Position numbers and translations under genes: made by a program. The notes below the pieces were generated by a model. That model saw only the letters and a program-made list of their open reading frames with translations. It did no database searches and was not told the origin of the DNA. Below are positions 26,788 through 35,837 of a DNA stretch of 64,000 bases, in pieces. The stretch spans positions 186,001 to 250,000 of IMG/VR virus record IMGVR_UViG_3300033233_000001; one strand, 5' to 3'. Position 1 is the first letter of the stretch, and each line of letters begins with the position of its first letter.

Positions 26788-26912
26788 GTGTACCGGGCTG
26801 ATCGACGACTGAAGGTGAGGTCTGGACCCTGCTACGGCTGGGCGCCTCGACGCACGGAGTTCCTCTGGGCTGGAAATCGTCGTCAGATCCAGACCCCACC
26901 TTCAATCGTCGT

Positions 26913-27590
26913 TCAGGTACCTCCTCCGCTAAGTCTGTTGAGGATACGGTCTAGCTGGAACTCTGGCACCACGAAGCCGTTGATCTCGACCGAAAGTAGC
27001 TTGGTCTCGAACGGTGGCGCGCGCAGCGCAATGGCGTTCGCTTCGATCGTCTGGCCGGGTCGCACGTAGCTCGCGAAGTTCCGCAGGCCGACCTGTGAGT
27101 CGCCGCCGAACGGATAGAAGCTGCCGCCGCCAGGAGTCGGCGGCGACGCCGGGAAGCCCTGCGGTGTCAAGATCACAGCGCCCTTGACGGTCAGGTTCGT
27201 CTGATAGTCGAGCGTGCCCCTTCCGCCGACCTTCAGCTGAAAGCCGAAGACGGTGACTAGGCGCGTCGGATCGACCTCGACGATGTCCTGTGGATCGATG
27301 CCAGAGTGTTCATAGACCTTGAAGACGGAGTTCTGGAGGACGATGCAGGCTTCCTTCGGCGCGACCAGCCGAAGGAGGTTGATCGGCCGCGGGTACGGCG
27401 GCGTGCCGCCGAGGGCCACCGGAATCGGATACTGCGCGAAGAACGGACGCTGGAAAAACGTCAGCTGCTGCGACGGCAAGAACTGAAAGTAGGCGTCGAG
27501 AACGCGGACGTTCTCCACCGTCGGCGCGACCTCTTCTTGAGGTAGCGGCGACGGCGCCTGGCTATGCAGCCTGCCGGGACGACCTACCAT
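26913..27590 (-). CDS. Putative minor capsid (jelly-roll-like) protein
   Basis: Beta-rich, Pro/Gly-rich, ends V.INGF; position after the MCP. Confidence 0.5.
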   Translation of the reverse strand: MVGRPGRLHSQAPSPLPQEEVAPTVENVRVLDAYFQFLPSQQLTFFQRPFFAQYPIPVALGGTPPYPRPINLLRLVAPKEACIVLQNSVFKVYEHSGIDPQDIVEVDPTRLVTVFGFQLKVGGRGTLDYQTNLTVKGAVILTPQGFPASPPTPGGGSFYPFGGDSQVGLRNFASYVRPGQTIEANAIALRAPPFETKLLSVEINGFVVPEFQLDRILNRLSGGGT

Positions 27591-27600
27591 GGCCGTCCGA

Positions 27601-28536
27601 TCAGACCGCCGGGCTCTCGGCCTGGAGGATCTTGTAGCCGCACATCGTGAAGTACACGGTGCCGCCGAGGTTGACGGCGAGCCGGCCGACGTTGTTGGCC
27701 GCCGACGGATCTGGCGCTGGAACTAGCTCGCCCTCGGCAAAGCCGAATCCAGGCAAGAAGCCGCCTCCCGGAAGCGTAGCCCAGTTGACCTCGGCGATGC
27801 CGATCTCGTGCATCAGCGTCATCTTCCAGGTCACGGTGGAGCCGCGCTCGAAGAAGTCGCCGACAGGCAGATAGAACGGCCGATCGAACTCGCTGAAGAT
27901 GTAACGAGACGGGATTGGGATCTGATTCTGCCGGTTGCGGTTCGAGGCGTTGTCCTGGATCTCGAACAAGTAGTCGATCTCGCCAGGCCGGAACGTCTGG
28001 ACCGCTTGCGCGCCAGCAACCGTGATGGGACCAACGCGCGCACCGATGTACGCCCCGGAGAACGGATCTGCGGTCGATGCGACCGGGCGGAACCGACCGG
28101 TGAGCGGCGTGATGACCTCGGTGCCTGCCGGCGGGTCACTCGGCCGACCGTCGTACGGTCCCTGCGAGTACGTCCGCATCAGAAACGCGCTCATGTAGCT
28201 CGTGCAGACGAACGGTCCGTCCATCGACACCTGCTTGTTGTCGAGCAACTGCGTGCCGGCGACAGTCAAGCCGGGCTCAGTCGGGCCCGGAATGTCGATG
28301 GAAAAGTTCAGGAAGTACGGGACGCGCTTGCCGGGAATGTCCTCGATGTACCGGATGCGCTTCTGCGACTTCGAGAGCGCTTCCTGCATCCGCCGAAGCT
28401 CAAGCTGCTGGGACTCGTAGTCGGTCGCCAGCTTGCCGTAGCGTTCGTTGAGAACCTTCGTGCGTGCAAAGAGCTTCCGGTGTTGCTCTTCCATCTGGCG
28501 GAGAACCGCCGCTGTTTCCGGGTCGTGAATCGGCAC
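27601..28536 (-). CDS. Putative capsid-associated jelly-roll protein with N-terminal coiled coil
   Basis: Coiled coil, then beta-rich domain ending VYFTMCGYKI. Confidence 0.55.
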   Translation of the reverse strand: MPIHDPETAAVLRQMEEQHRKLFARTKVLNERYGKLATDYESQQLELRRMQEALSKSQKRIRYIEDIPGKRVPYFLNFSIDIPGPTEPGLTVAGTQLLDNKQVSMDGPFVCTSYMSAFLMRTYSQGPYDGRPSDPPAGTEVITPLTGRFRPVASTADPFSGAYIGARVGPITVAGAQAVQTFRPGEIDYLFEIQDNASNRNRQNQIPIPSRYIFSEFDRPFYLPVGDFFERGSTVTWKMTLMHEIGIAEVNWATLPGGGFLPGFGFAEGELVPAPDPSAANNVGRLAVNLGGTVYFTMCGYKILQAESPAV

Positions 28537-28616
28537 TTGCTACCGTCCTTTGGCCGTTGGATTTCTCCCTGTGGCCGTTGGGCTGGTTGTGGTGCGCCGA
28601 CTCGGACGTCGGCGAC

Positions 28617-29675
28617 TTATTTTGGAACGGCCCGAACCTTCTCTGGCCTCTCCACGTCGCAGGTTGCCTCGTTCACCATCGAGAGCGACCTGCCGAACCT
28701 CTTCGCGATCTCCCGACACGGTACGCCTGACCCTGCCAGCGATCGCCACTCGTCTACTTCGGAACGCGGAACTCGTTTCTCCATGGGGAAGCGCGGTTTC
28801 GTAACCAGACCAAGCTCTTCTGTCGATCTGTTCGATGTCGGAACGATGTCTTTGACGACCGCATGCACTACCGAGTTAGCACGCCCGTAATGCCTTCCGA
28901 TCGCCACGATCGACGCACCATCTGTCCTGAGCCTTCGCCACTCTTCTTGGATCTCGTCCGTCAGTCCCGAGTTGACACCCGACCAGAATGACGACTCTCC
29001 TCCAGCTGCCCGGCGACCAGTCTTAGGTTGAAAGCCAGAGTCGAGAAGCGCCTTCCACTTGAGCGACCGAAGCCATTCCCCAATCGCCGCGACGTGGGCC
29101 TGACGATCGACGATGACGTAGTTCATCTCTTTCTGAGACGGCGGCGCCGAGATACGCGCGCTCCACCCTCTCGCCCTCAGAGCGCGGCGCACCCACCCGA
29201 TCAAAACGCCTGGCTTCTGAGCGAAGCCGAACTGCGCGCCATTGCTCGCGGACCGCTTCTCTGTCTTTCTAAGAAACCAGCCGTCCGTTTCGACCAGCGA
29301 CTTCAGGAAGAGCCTTGTGCACTCTTCGTCGTCATCCACCCACCGTGGCGGCGGTACCATCAGCTTATCGGCACCAGCACCGATGTACTTGTGAGCGACG
29401 CCGAAGTCGCCAATCACGTCATGCGTCGTCCAGTAGATCTCGAAGAAGTCACCGAACTCCTCGGTAAGCGCCTTCATGTGCTTCTGGTACACGTGGTACC
29501 CACCGTAGACGAGCGTGAACAGTTCTTTCACGCGCATCAGCCATGCTGGGTACTTATCGCCTACGGTGACGGCCACCTTCCAGCTTTGCTTGCCGCGCTG
29601 CTGGATGTAGCCGTCACCGAAGACGGCGCCCAAGAGTTCCGCTTTATACCCGTTCACGCACCGCTCGCTTGACAT
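28617..29675 (-). CDS. Free-standing two-motif LAGLIDADG homing endonuclease with C-terminal HTH-like repeats
   Basis: LLGAVFGDGYI and FLKSLVETDGWF; lower GC3; two HTH-like segments. Confidence 0.85.
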   Translation of the reverse strand: MSSERCVNGYKAELLGAVFGDGYIQQRGKQSWKVAVTVGDKYPAWLMRVKELFTLVYGGYHVYQKHMKALTEEFGDFFEIYWTTHDVIGDFGVAHKYIGAGADKLMVPPPRWVDDDEECTRLFLKSLVETDGWFLRKTEKRSASNGAQFGFAQKPGVLIGWVRRALRARGWSARISAPPSQKEMNYVIVDRQAHVAAIGEWLRSLKWKALLDSGFQPKTGRRAAGGESSFWSGVNSGLTDEIQEEWRRLRTDGASIVAIGRHYGRANSVVHAVVKDIVPTSNRSTEELGLVTKPRFPMEKRVPRSEVDEWRSLAGSGVPCREIAKRFGRSLSMVNEATCDVERPEKVRAVPK

Positions 29676-29737
29676 CGGCTCACCTCTCGTTGAGAGGTAG
29701 CACCTTCTGTCCTGCGCGCTAAGTACGCGAAATCAGG

Positions 29738-31280
29738 CTACAAAACGTCCCTTGAATGAATGCCATCGAGCACGTACTTGATGTCCTTCTCGATGTCGTC
29801 CTCGCCGGGAACCGAGAGGCCCGTGCCCGTCGCGATGCCGGTCGTGAGACCGGAGCCGGTGATGATCGCGTTCGGGCTGTTGTTCGGCACGAGGCCGTTC
29901 AGCTGCTCGATGACGCTCGCGCCGGGCGTCTGCCCGATCGGCGAAGCGATCGCGATGACCTGGAAGCCCTGACGCGGCGGGATGAGAATCGGCCTCGCCA
30001 GACGCATCAGCGCGGACGACGTCGGAACGCCGTTGTTCGCGCGCGGGAGACGGCTGTCCGAGAAGAAGCCATCGAGACCACCCGCCATCGGGGTGTACGC
30101 CGTGAACGTGGTCAGCTGCGGCTTGTCGCCCGCCACCATCTGCCAGAAGAACTGGTTCTGGCTCTGGTGGTAGAGCTTGTGCACGCGCATGATACGGTCG
30201 GGGAACACACCGTCGACCGAGCCGATCGGCTGGGCTCCCGGAGTCGGCTGTGCGATCACGACCGGTGCTTCCGGGTTGAACCGGAAGTACGTCCAGACGC
30301 GCACCGCGAGGGTGATGTACGTCTGGTCGGACGGGAAGAAGCCACCCGTCGTCAGGTTCGACACCGAGATGTCGGCGCCCTGACGAACGAACAGCTGCGC
30401 GCGGTTCGGGACTGCCCCGAACACGCCCTGGTTGGTGTTGCGGAGGTCCACGTCACCGTCGACTCGGATGAGCGAATCGTAGACTTCAGTTACGCCAGAA
30501 GTTTACTCTGGCTCTCCGGATTTCTCCGGAGTGTCGGACTATATCACCAACCGTCAGTTGACGGTCGCCGGGCGCTCTTGGGTCGGATTATCGTTGGAAC
30601 TCACCGACCTAGTCTCTACACCTTCTACCGGCACATCAGCCATTCGATGTCCACCGATAGCTTGGCTCGGGATTACCTCGCGGAGAATCGCTTCTACCTC
30701 CACAGGGGCTTCCCCGCCGTTTCGCTTGATGACCGCCATGGTATCTAGGACAACAGCGTCTAGCTTCGTCTGTCGATACATGCGCACCAAGCAGGCGCGT
30801 GTCAGGAACCAGTCAACGACCTCTGCCTCTGTCTTCTTGGCTGTGAGGTGCGGCAGCAAGATCCTAGTGATCTTGAGCACGTCGTCTTTGCGTGCGACGT
30901 GCAACCAATACTGCCAGCGGGTCGCCTTCTTGCCCTTCCACACGCGACGGATTGGCTGGTGATGCACACCAACGTCCGTCAGGATCCGACTCACTCGATC
31001 GACCATCGCTTTCGAGGTGTTGCAGATGACTAGCCACAGCTGGTAGCTCGTCTTCTTTCCCTTGGCCTTCCCGCTCTTGCGGACGATCGGGCGCTTCACT
31101 GCGAAGCATCCCTCTCCATCCACAATCCCGGCCAGCCAGGCGACGTCGGTCTCGTTCATCTTCTCCTTCTACCACGAAACGGTTTGATTCACCCAGTTGT
31201 TCACCGCTGAGTTACCTCAGCGGGCCGCCCTACTTCGACGGCTGATGAACGCGCTCACGGGTACCTACGATCTTGGGCAT
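29738..31280 (-). CDS. Putative major capsid protein, vertical jelly-roll type, 262 aa after splicing (exons 31280-31238, 30483-29738)
   Basis: Spliced frame MPKIVGTRERVHQP-F-YDSL; LF...SNL...G.FPSDQ; NNGVP..L.RPI.IP; LDG..SRDV; strong RBS. Confidence 0.65.
30484..31237 (-). mobile_element. Group I intron (754 nt) in the capsid gene
   Basis: P1 GCCGT/GCGGC; P3 CTGGGTG/CGCCCGG; AATCCCGAGCCAAG, GTGTAGAGACT, GATATAGTCC; ends in G; removal restores frame. Confidence 0.92.
30554..31159 (-). CDS. Intron-encoded single-motif LAGLIDADG endonuclease
   Basis: VAWLAGIVDGEGCF; own AGAGGAG RBS. Confidence 0.92.
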   Translation of the reverse strand: MNETDVAWLAGIVDGEGCFAVKRPIVRKSGKAKGKKTSYQLWLVICNTSKAMVDRVSRILTDVGVHHQPIRRVWKGKKATRWQYWLHVARKDDVLKITRILLPHLTAKKTEAEVVDWFLTRACLVRMYRQTKLDAVVLDTMAVIKRNGGEAPVEVEAILREVIPSQAIGGHRMADVPVEGVETRSVSSNDNPTQERPATVN

Positions 31281-31495
31281 TTCTCTATCTCTCTTTGTTG
31301 ACTCTCGGTGCCACCCTAGGGTTTCTTCCACCGAGATTTCGTGCGATCCACTCATCGCACTACCCGCTGATTCAGACGGCCCTTATCCCTTGATCGGGAT
31401 TTAGGCCGTCTCCGTGTTCCGAAACCTCCCAGCGGTAGGAGGCTTTTACCCGTCGGCTACCGGAACACGGAGAAGTCTTTGCGTTGCTACACCAT
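31281..31495 (-). promoter_or_regulatory. Highly structured leader upstream of the capsid gene
   Basis: Stems CTCCGTGTTCCG/CGGAACACGGAG, GACGGCC/GGCCGTC, GTGCGAT/ATCGCAC, TCTCGGTG/CACCGAGA. Confidence 0.55.
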
Positions 31496-32104
31496 TCAGC
31501 TTCCAGCGAATAGGTTGCGTGCGTAGAGACCGCCCGCATAGCCACGGCCGTCCGCGGCCGCGAACGGTTCACGTACCCGTCTGATCTGCTTTTGGAACGT
31601 CGCTGGCAGTGCGAGGTCCATCGGGATGACGGTCGAGACCGCCGGAGGCTGCATCGGACCACCGAGTCCGAGCATCCCCTGGTATGGCGCGCCATAGTGG
31701 GCGACATCCACCATCGGGTCTCCAAACCCAGACACGTTCGACGACGCCGGCATCGCAGCGGCCTGAGCCGGCGTCGCTTGCACCATCGCCATCGCCCGCG
31801 GCAGGTACGGCATGATCGCCGAGATCCCCATGCCAGTCGCGAGAGCCTGACTGACCTCGTCCGACATCCCGATCCCACCGCCCATCACGAGCGCCAAGGC
31901 CCCACCGCCAGCGCCAGTGATCGCCATGAGCATCTTCGGATCCTGCCCTACGAGCAGGCGACCAACCACGTTGTCGCTCAGCCACGAAGCGAGCAACATG
32001 CCGCCCGCGCCGACGAGAGACGGCACGACGAGACGATGGACGATGCCCGTCGTCGGGTCACCCTCTGCGTTTCGGCGCAGCCTCTTGTTTCGGCGCTTGC
32101 TCAT
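31496..32104 (-). CDS. Virion membrane protein with basic leader
   Basis: MSKRRNKRLRRN, several Gly-rich TM helices, ends GRGYAGGLYARNLFAGS. Confidence 0.8.
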   Translation of the reverse strand: MSKRRNKRLRRNAEGDPTTGIVHRLVVPSLVGAGGMLLASWLSDNVVGRLLVGQDPKMLMAITGAGGGALALVMGGGIGMSDEVSQALATGMGISAIMPYLPRAMAMVQATPAQAAAMPASSNVSGFGDPMVDVAHYGAPYQGMLGLGGPMQPPAVSTVIPMDLALPATFQKQIRRVREPFAAADGRGYAGGLYARNLFAGS

Positions 32105-32133
32105 GAAGTGGCTTTCCTGTGCTCAGGTAGCGC

Positions 32134-34356
32134 TCAGAACATGCCGGCGAAGAGGTTCCGCGCGAAGAGGCCTCCGGCGTAGCCGCGACCTTCGGGGGTC
32201 ACGAGCGACGACGGGATCTTTCGCTCGTACGGCATCTCGCCCGTGATGAGCTTGGCGCCCTCGACCGGCGTCTGGATCGACGCGAACGGGGGCTCCATGC
32301 GACCGCCCTCCGTCATGCTGCCCGGACGAACGAAGTCCGGGTGCTTGCCGTACCAGCCGTCGATGTCCGTCTCCTCGATGTACTCGCCGACGCCGCCGAG
32401 GCCGGCCGCCGCGTAGTACGTCTGACCGACGCCCGCCGCTGCCTCCATCACCGTGTTCCCCGTGGCCTCCATCACGTCCATGAGGCCGTCGACGCCCTCC
32501 TGATTCGCGGGATCGATGCCCTCGTGGTAGCCGGCCGCCGCGTAGTACGTCTCGCGACCGAGTCCGGCCGCGGCGTAGTACGTCTCGCGACCCATGCCGT
32601 GGCTCGGGTCGTCGACGTACGCGCCCAGGCCCTGCATCGGCTGCTCGACGTACTCGCCGAACGCGCCCATCGGCTGCTCAACGTACTCGCCGAGGTACGA
32701 CGCCATGCCAGTGCCGCGGAGTAGACGCGCGATGAGCGCGAGGCCCATGCCGGTCAGCACCGGTGTCGCGTTCTCCGTGATCATCGACATCTTGCCTGCG
32801 CGATGCGCCCAGGCCGAGAGGCCGAGAGCGCCAGCGATGACCGCCGCGTTCACGATGCTCTTCGTGGCGAGCGCCGCATCTGCCGGACGGCCCGCATCGA
32901 GCACGCCGCGGACCTGATCGCTGTTCGCAGCCAGGTTCGACAGCGCATTCGCTGCCAGGAAGCCCGCGGTTGCGTAGCCAGCCGGCATCGCGATGTCCGT
33001 GATCACGTCCTTGCCGTAGAGCTTGAAGAAGTTCCGACGAAGCCGGTGGCGGCGACGGTTCTTCGACATGCCCGTGGTCTGCGGAACGTAGATCGGGTTC
33101 CGGCGCGAATGCCGGCGGCTCTTCTTGCTCTTCCTCTTGCGGCCCATCGAGTGCCTCCTTGCGTTCTTCGTTACGGCCTTCTTCGAGCCGCGTGCCTTCT
33201 TCGACTTGCGTGCCGCCCTACGCGGCTTGCGCGAACGAGCCTTCGCCTGGATCATCCGAGCAAGCTCGGGACCCCACGATCCACGCTTCGAGTGCGCCCG
33301 ACGTGCGACGCCACCGAACGTGAACTTGCGCGTGTAACCCTTCACGCGACGGCCGCCGACCGAGACGGTCGACTTGCGGCTGCTGCCCGGACGGTAGAGC
33401 ACCGTCTGGCGGGCGCCGGTCAGAAAGTTCGGGTGGACGCGACGCGACCGGCGACGGCGGCTGCCGCGACGGCTGTTCCGACGCGAGCGGCGGCGATTGC
33501 CAAAGAGCCCGCGCGACGCACGACGACGACTGTTCCGGCGCGGTCGACGCGAGTGCGCACGACGTGACGTGTTACGGCGTGATCGACGGCGATGGCGGTT
33601 CGCCGCCAACTCGTGGAACAGCGGCGAGCCGTACATGTGATGCGACGAGCGGAACGTCGGCGTACCAGAGACGTGCGACTTGCTCGCGCGCTTCTTCGAC
33701 GAGCGCTTCTTCGAGCCGCCCTTCGACCGGCGCTTCTTCGATGCCTTCTTCTTGCTGGCGGCATTTCGCCGCGAACGACGACGACCGTTGCGACGTGATG
33801 CGCGGCGGCGGCCACCACGACGGCTCGTGTCTCGCCGCGAGCGCCTGCGACCGGCGTTTCGACGACTCCGACGGCGCGCGCTCCGGCGCGACGCGCGACG
33901 GCTGCCTCGGCGGCTCGTGTCCTTCCTCGATGCCCGACGGCGCGTACGCCTGTTCGCCGCGGCCTGCATCAGCGGGTTGCGGCGCGAAGCCTTGCGCGAA
34001 CGGCGACGCTTGCGACCGGCGCCATGGGCGACGACGCTCATCAGTCCGCCACGGTTACGGCGGACCGACGCCGTGCCAGGCGCGTGCGAACGACGCTTGC
34101 GGGAGCCACTCCTCTTCCGCTTGCGGCCAGCGTTGGCACGCATCGCAGCGCGCAGTCCCGGGTAGTTGTACGCCATCGAAACTCTCCTGCGACTAGGGTT
34201 CTTGGATCCGACGAGCGGAGAGCCGTGCGGATGCTTCGGTCGGCCTGGATTCACCACGGCGAGATGCGTTACGCCGCCCGGATTGGGCGCCATGCCCGGC
34301 GTTCGGTCGTACGACCTCGCCGCGCCTTCGCTGCTTCTCCGGTAGATCAAGGCCAC
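32134..34356 (-). CDS. 740-aa Arg/Ser/Lys-rich core-like membrane protein
   Basis: Long RRxRRN-type tract, TM region, YYAAAG repeats, ends GRGYAGGLFARNLFAGMF. Confidence 0.8.
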   Translation of the reverse strand: MALIYRRSSEGAARSYDRTPGMAPNPGGVTHLAVVNPGRPKHPHGSPLVGSKNPSRRRVSMAYNYPGLRAAMRANAGRKRKRSGSRKRRSHAPGTASVRRNRGGLMSVVAHGAGRKRRRSRKASRRNPLMQAAANRRTRRRASRKDTSRRGSRRASRRSARRRSRRNAGRRRSRRDTSRRGGRRRASRRNGRRRSRRNAASKKKASKKRRSKGGSKKRSSKKRASKSHVSGTPTFRSSHHMYGSPLFHELAANRHRRRSRRNTSRRAHSRRPRRNSRRRASRGLFGNRRRSRRNSRRGSRRRRSRRVHPNFLTGARQTVLYRPGSSRKSTVSVGGRRVKGYTRKFTFGGVARRAHSKRGSWGPELARMIQAKARSRKPRRAARKSKKARGSKKAVTKNARRHSMGRKRKSKKSRRHSRRNPIYVPQTTGMSKNRRRHRLRRNFFKLYGKDVITDIAMPAGYATAGFLAANALSNLAANSDQVRGVLDAGRPADAALATKSIVNAAVIAGALGLSAWAHRAGKMSMITENATPVLTGMGLALIARLLRGTGMASYLGEYVEQPMGAFGEYVEQPMQGLGAYVDDPSHGMGRETYYAAAGLGRETYYAAAGYHEGIDPANQEGVDGLMDVMEATGNTVMEAAAGVGQTYYAAAGLGGVGEYIEETDIDGWYGKHPDFVRPGSMTEGGRMEPPFASIQTPVEGAKLITGEMPYERKIPSSLVTPEGRGYAGGLFARNLFAGMF

Positions 34357-34424
34357 TCTGCACGCACTTCTCCCTGCCAGACCCGTAGCAGGGAGGAGCG
34401 GCGGCGCCCCGGTCTTCGATGGTC

Positions 34425-34453
34425 AAACTACAGGGGCTCTCGGTGCAGGTCAA
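34425..34453 (-). promoter_or_regulatory. sigma70-type promoter for the core/capsid operon
   Basis: TTGACC-N17-TAGTTT with A-rich upstream tract. Confidence 0.6.
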
Positions 34454-34523
34454 CAACTTTTTTCGCGTCCCATGTCGATTTTTGGATCGACCTGTTTTTC
34501 AGGCACATTGATGCGAATACGGC

Positions 34524-34714
34524 ATGCCGTCCGGTCCGGTCCGACGCTGATCTCGACGCAGTGCTCGCGCAGATCGAGCGCCTGTGGGACGCGCCAGAAG
34601 GCAGCCCAAGGAAAGCGCGCTCGCCGCGCTCGTCGAAGCCTACGAGGACGAGCACTATCCGATCGATCCGCCGACCCTGATCGAAGCACTTCGATTCCGT
34701 CCGGCTCGAACAGT
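34524..34714 (+). pseudogene. higA: Frameshifted HigA-type antitoxin relic
   Basis: RPVRSDADLDAVLAQIERLWDAPEGSP / LAALVEAYEDEHYPIDPP..IEALRFR in different frames. Confidence 0.75.
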
Positions 34715-34777
34715 CCACCGCGCTCTCAAAAGCGCTGTCCGTTCTTACGCGCACGTTGGCCATCAAGGGCTAGCAAC

Positions 34778-34963
34778 CTATTTCAGATCGGAACACGCGT
34801 CGCGGATCAGCTGCTTCGACACGTGCTTCGAGACCTCACGGTGCCGAGGTACCGACAGCGGGGCCTTCGTACGTGGGTTTTCGTACAGCGTGTGCTCTGC
34901 TCCTTCGCGAACGAGCACGGCTCCGCATGCGACGATGCGTCTGATGACCTCTACGCGTTTCAC
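34778..34963 (-). CDS. hicA: HicA-family toxin
   Basis: R.GAEHTLY.NP......VPRH.E. Confidence 0.85.
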   Translation of the reverse strand: MKRVEVIRRIVACGAVLVREGAEHTLYENPRTKAPLSVPRHREVSKHVSKQLIRDACSDLK

Positions 34964-35232
34964 GCCGCACCAACACGCTCAATCCGAACACGGTGCACCG
35001 CGTGCTGCGGACGGCCACGTTCCGCCTGCAACGCGAGGATGTCGTTCACGGCCGAGATCACGTTTTTGCGCGCGGCAGCCGGCGTCCGGCCCTGCCCATA
35101 CGCGCCCGGAAGAGCAGGAACTTCCGCCGACCACCACCGATCGCTCGCATCGTAGACCAGGACGATGTCGTAGGACTTCAGAAGCCGGCGGCTCGTACGC
35201 TTCGACGGAGTGTTTCGGCTGGTCCTCTTCAT
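34960..35232 (-). CDS. hicB: HicB-family antitoxin with N-terminal basic tag
   Basis: MKRTSRNTPSKRTSRR; W.AEVPALPGAYGQGRT..AA..N. Confidence 0.85.
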   Translation of the reverse strand: MKRTSRNTPSKRTSRRLLKSYDIVLVYDASDRWWSAEVPALPGAYGQGRTPAAARKNVISAVNDILALQAERGRPQHAVHRVRIERVGAA

Positions 35233-35269
35233 GTCGAAGACAGTACCACGAACCGAAGTCGAAGTCGCT

Positions 35270-35491
35270 TCAGGCCGGAACGAGCACTTTTTTCGTGATC
35301 TCGTCGTCCGGATCCACCCCCTTCGGCTCCTCCGGCGGCAACTTCGGCTGCACGTGCCGACCGCTGACACGCGGCAGGCCGCGCTGCGAGTCCTTCACGC
35401 CGCGCGCCGCCTTCCGAAACGCGACCATGGCCTCGCGCATCTCGGCGACTTCCTTCGGCTCGGGGATCTTCGACTGACGTGCCTCGGACAT
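35270..35491 (-). CDS. Hypothetical protein
   Basis: GGAGGG RBS; in operon. Confidence 0.6.
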   Translation of the reverse strand: MSEARQSKIPEPKEVAEMREAMVAFRKAARGVKDSQRGLPRVSGRHVQPKLPPEEPKGVDPDDEITKKVLVPA

Positions 35492-35495
35492 GACT

Positions 35496-35837
35496 CTACC
35501 TCCCTCGCCGCGGCTGCGGCGCCTCGTATCCACGAAGCAGCTTCTCGATCTCGTGCAAACGACTGTCCATGCGCTCCATCGTCTCGACCAGATGCTCCGA
35601 CGCGCCTTCGGTCTCGGTCGCGAGGCGCACCTGCTCTTGCAGGGCTTCCGAGAAGTCGTGCGTCGCCGTCAGCAGCGTGTCGCGCACTTCCTTCGCGTCC
35701 TGCACGCGGAGCGCCTGTACCTCGTTCAACTTCTGCGTCTGAAGCCAGGCGTAGCGAGCGAGCGGAACGAGCACGAGCAGGAACACGGCGCCGAATGCGC
35801 CCCACTGCTGCACGATCGCATCGGCCGCTTCAGGCAT
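35496..35837 (-). CDS. Single-TM plus coiled-coil protein (holin-like candidate)
   Basis: QWGAFGAVFLLVLV then coiled coil. Confidence 0.5.
   Translation of the reverse strand: MPEAADAIVQQWGAFGAVFLLVLVPLARYAWLQTQKLNEVQALRVQDAKEVRDTLLTATHDFSEALQEQVRLATETEGASEHLVETMERMDSRLHEIEKLLRGYEAPQPRRGR

Noticed and set aside
28617-29675. Two-motif LAGLIDADG as an intein or intron ORF
   Set aside because: No intein splice-junction motifs, a stop separates it from the capsid gene, and no group I core flanks it.
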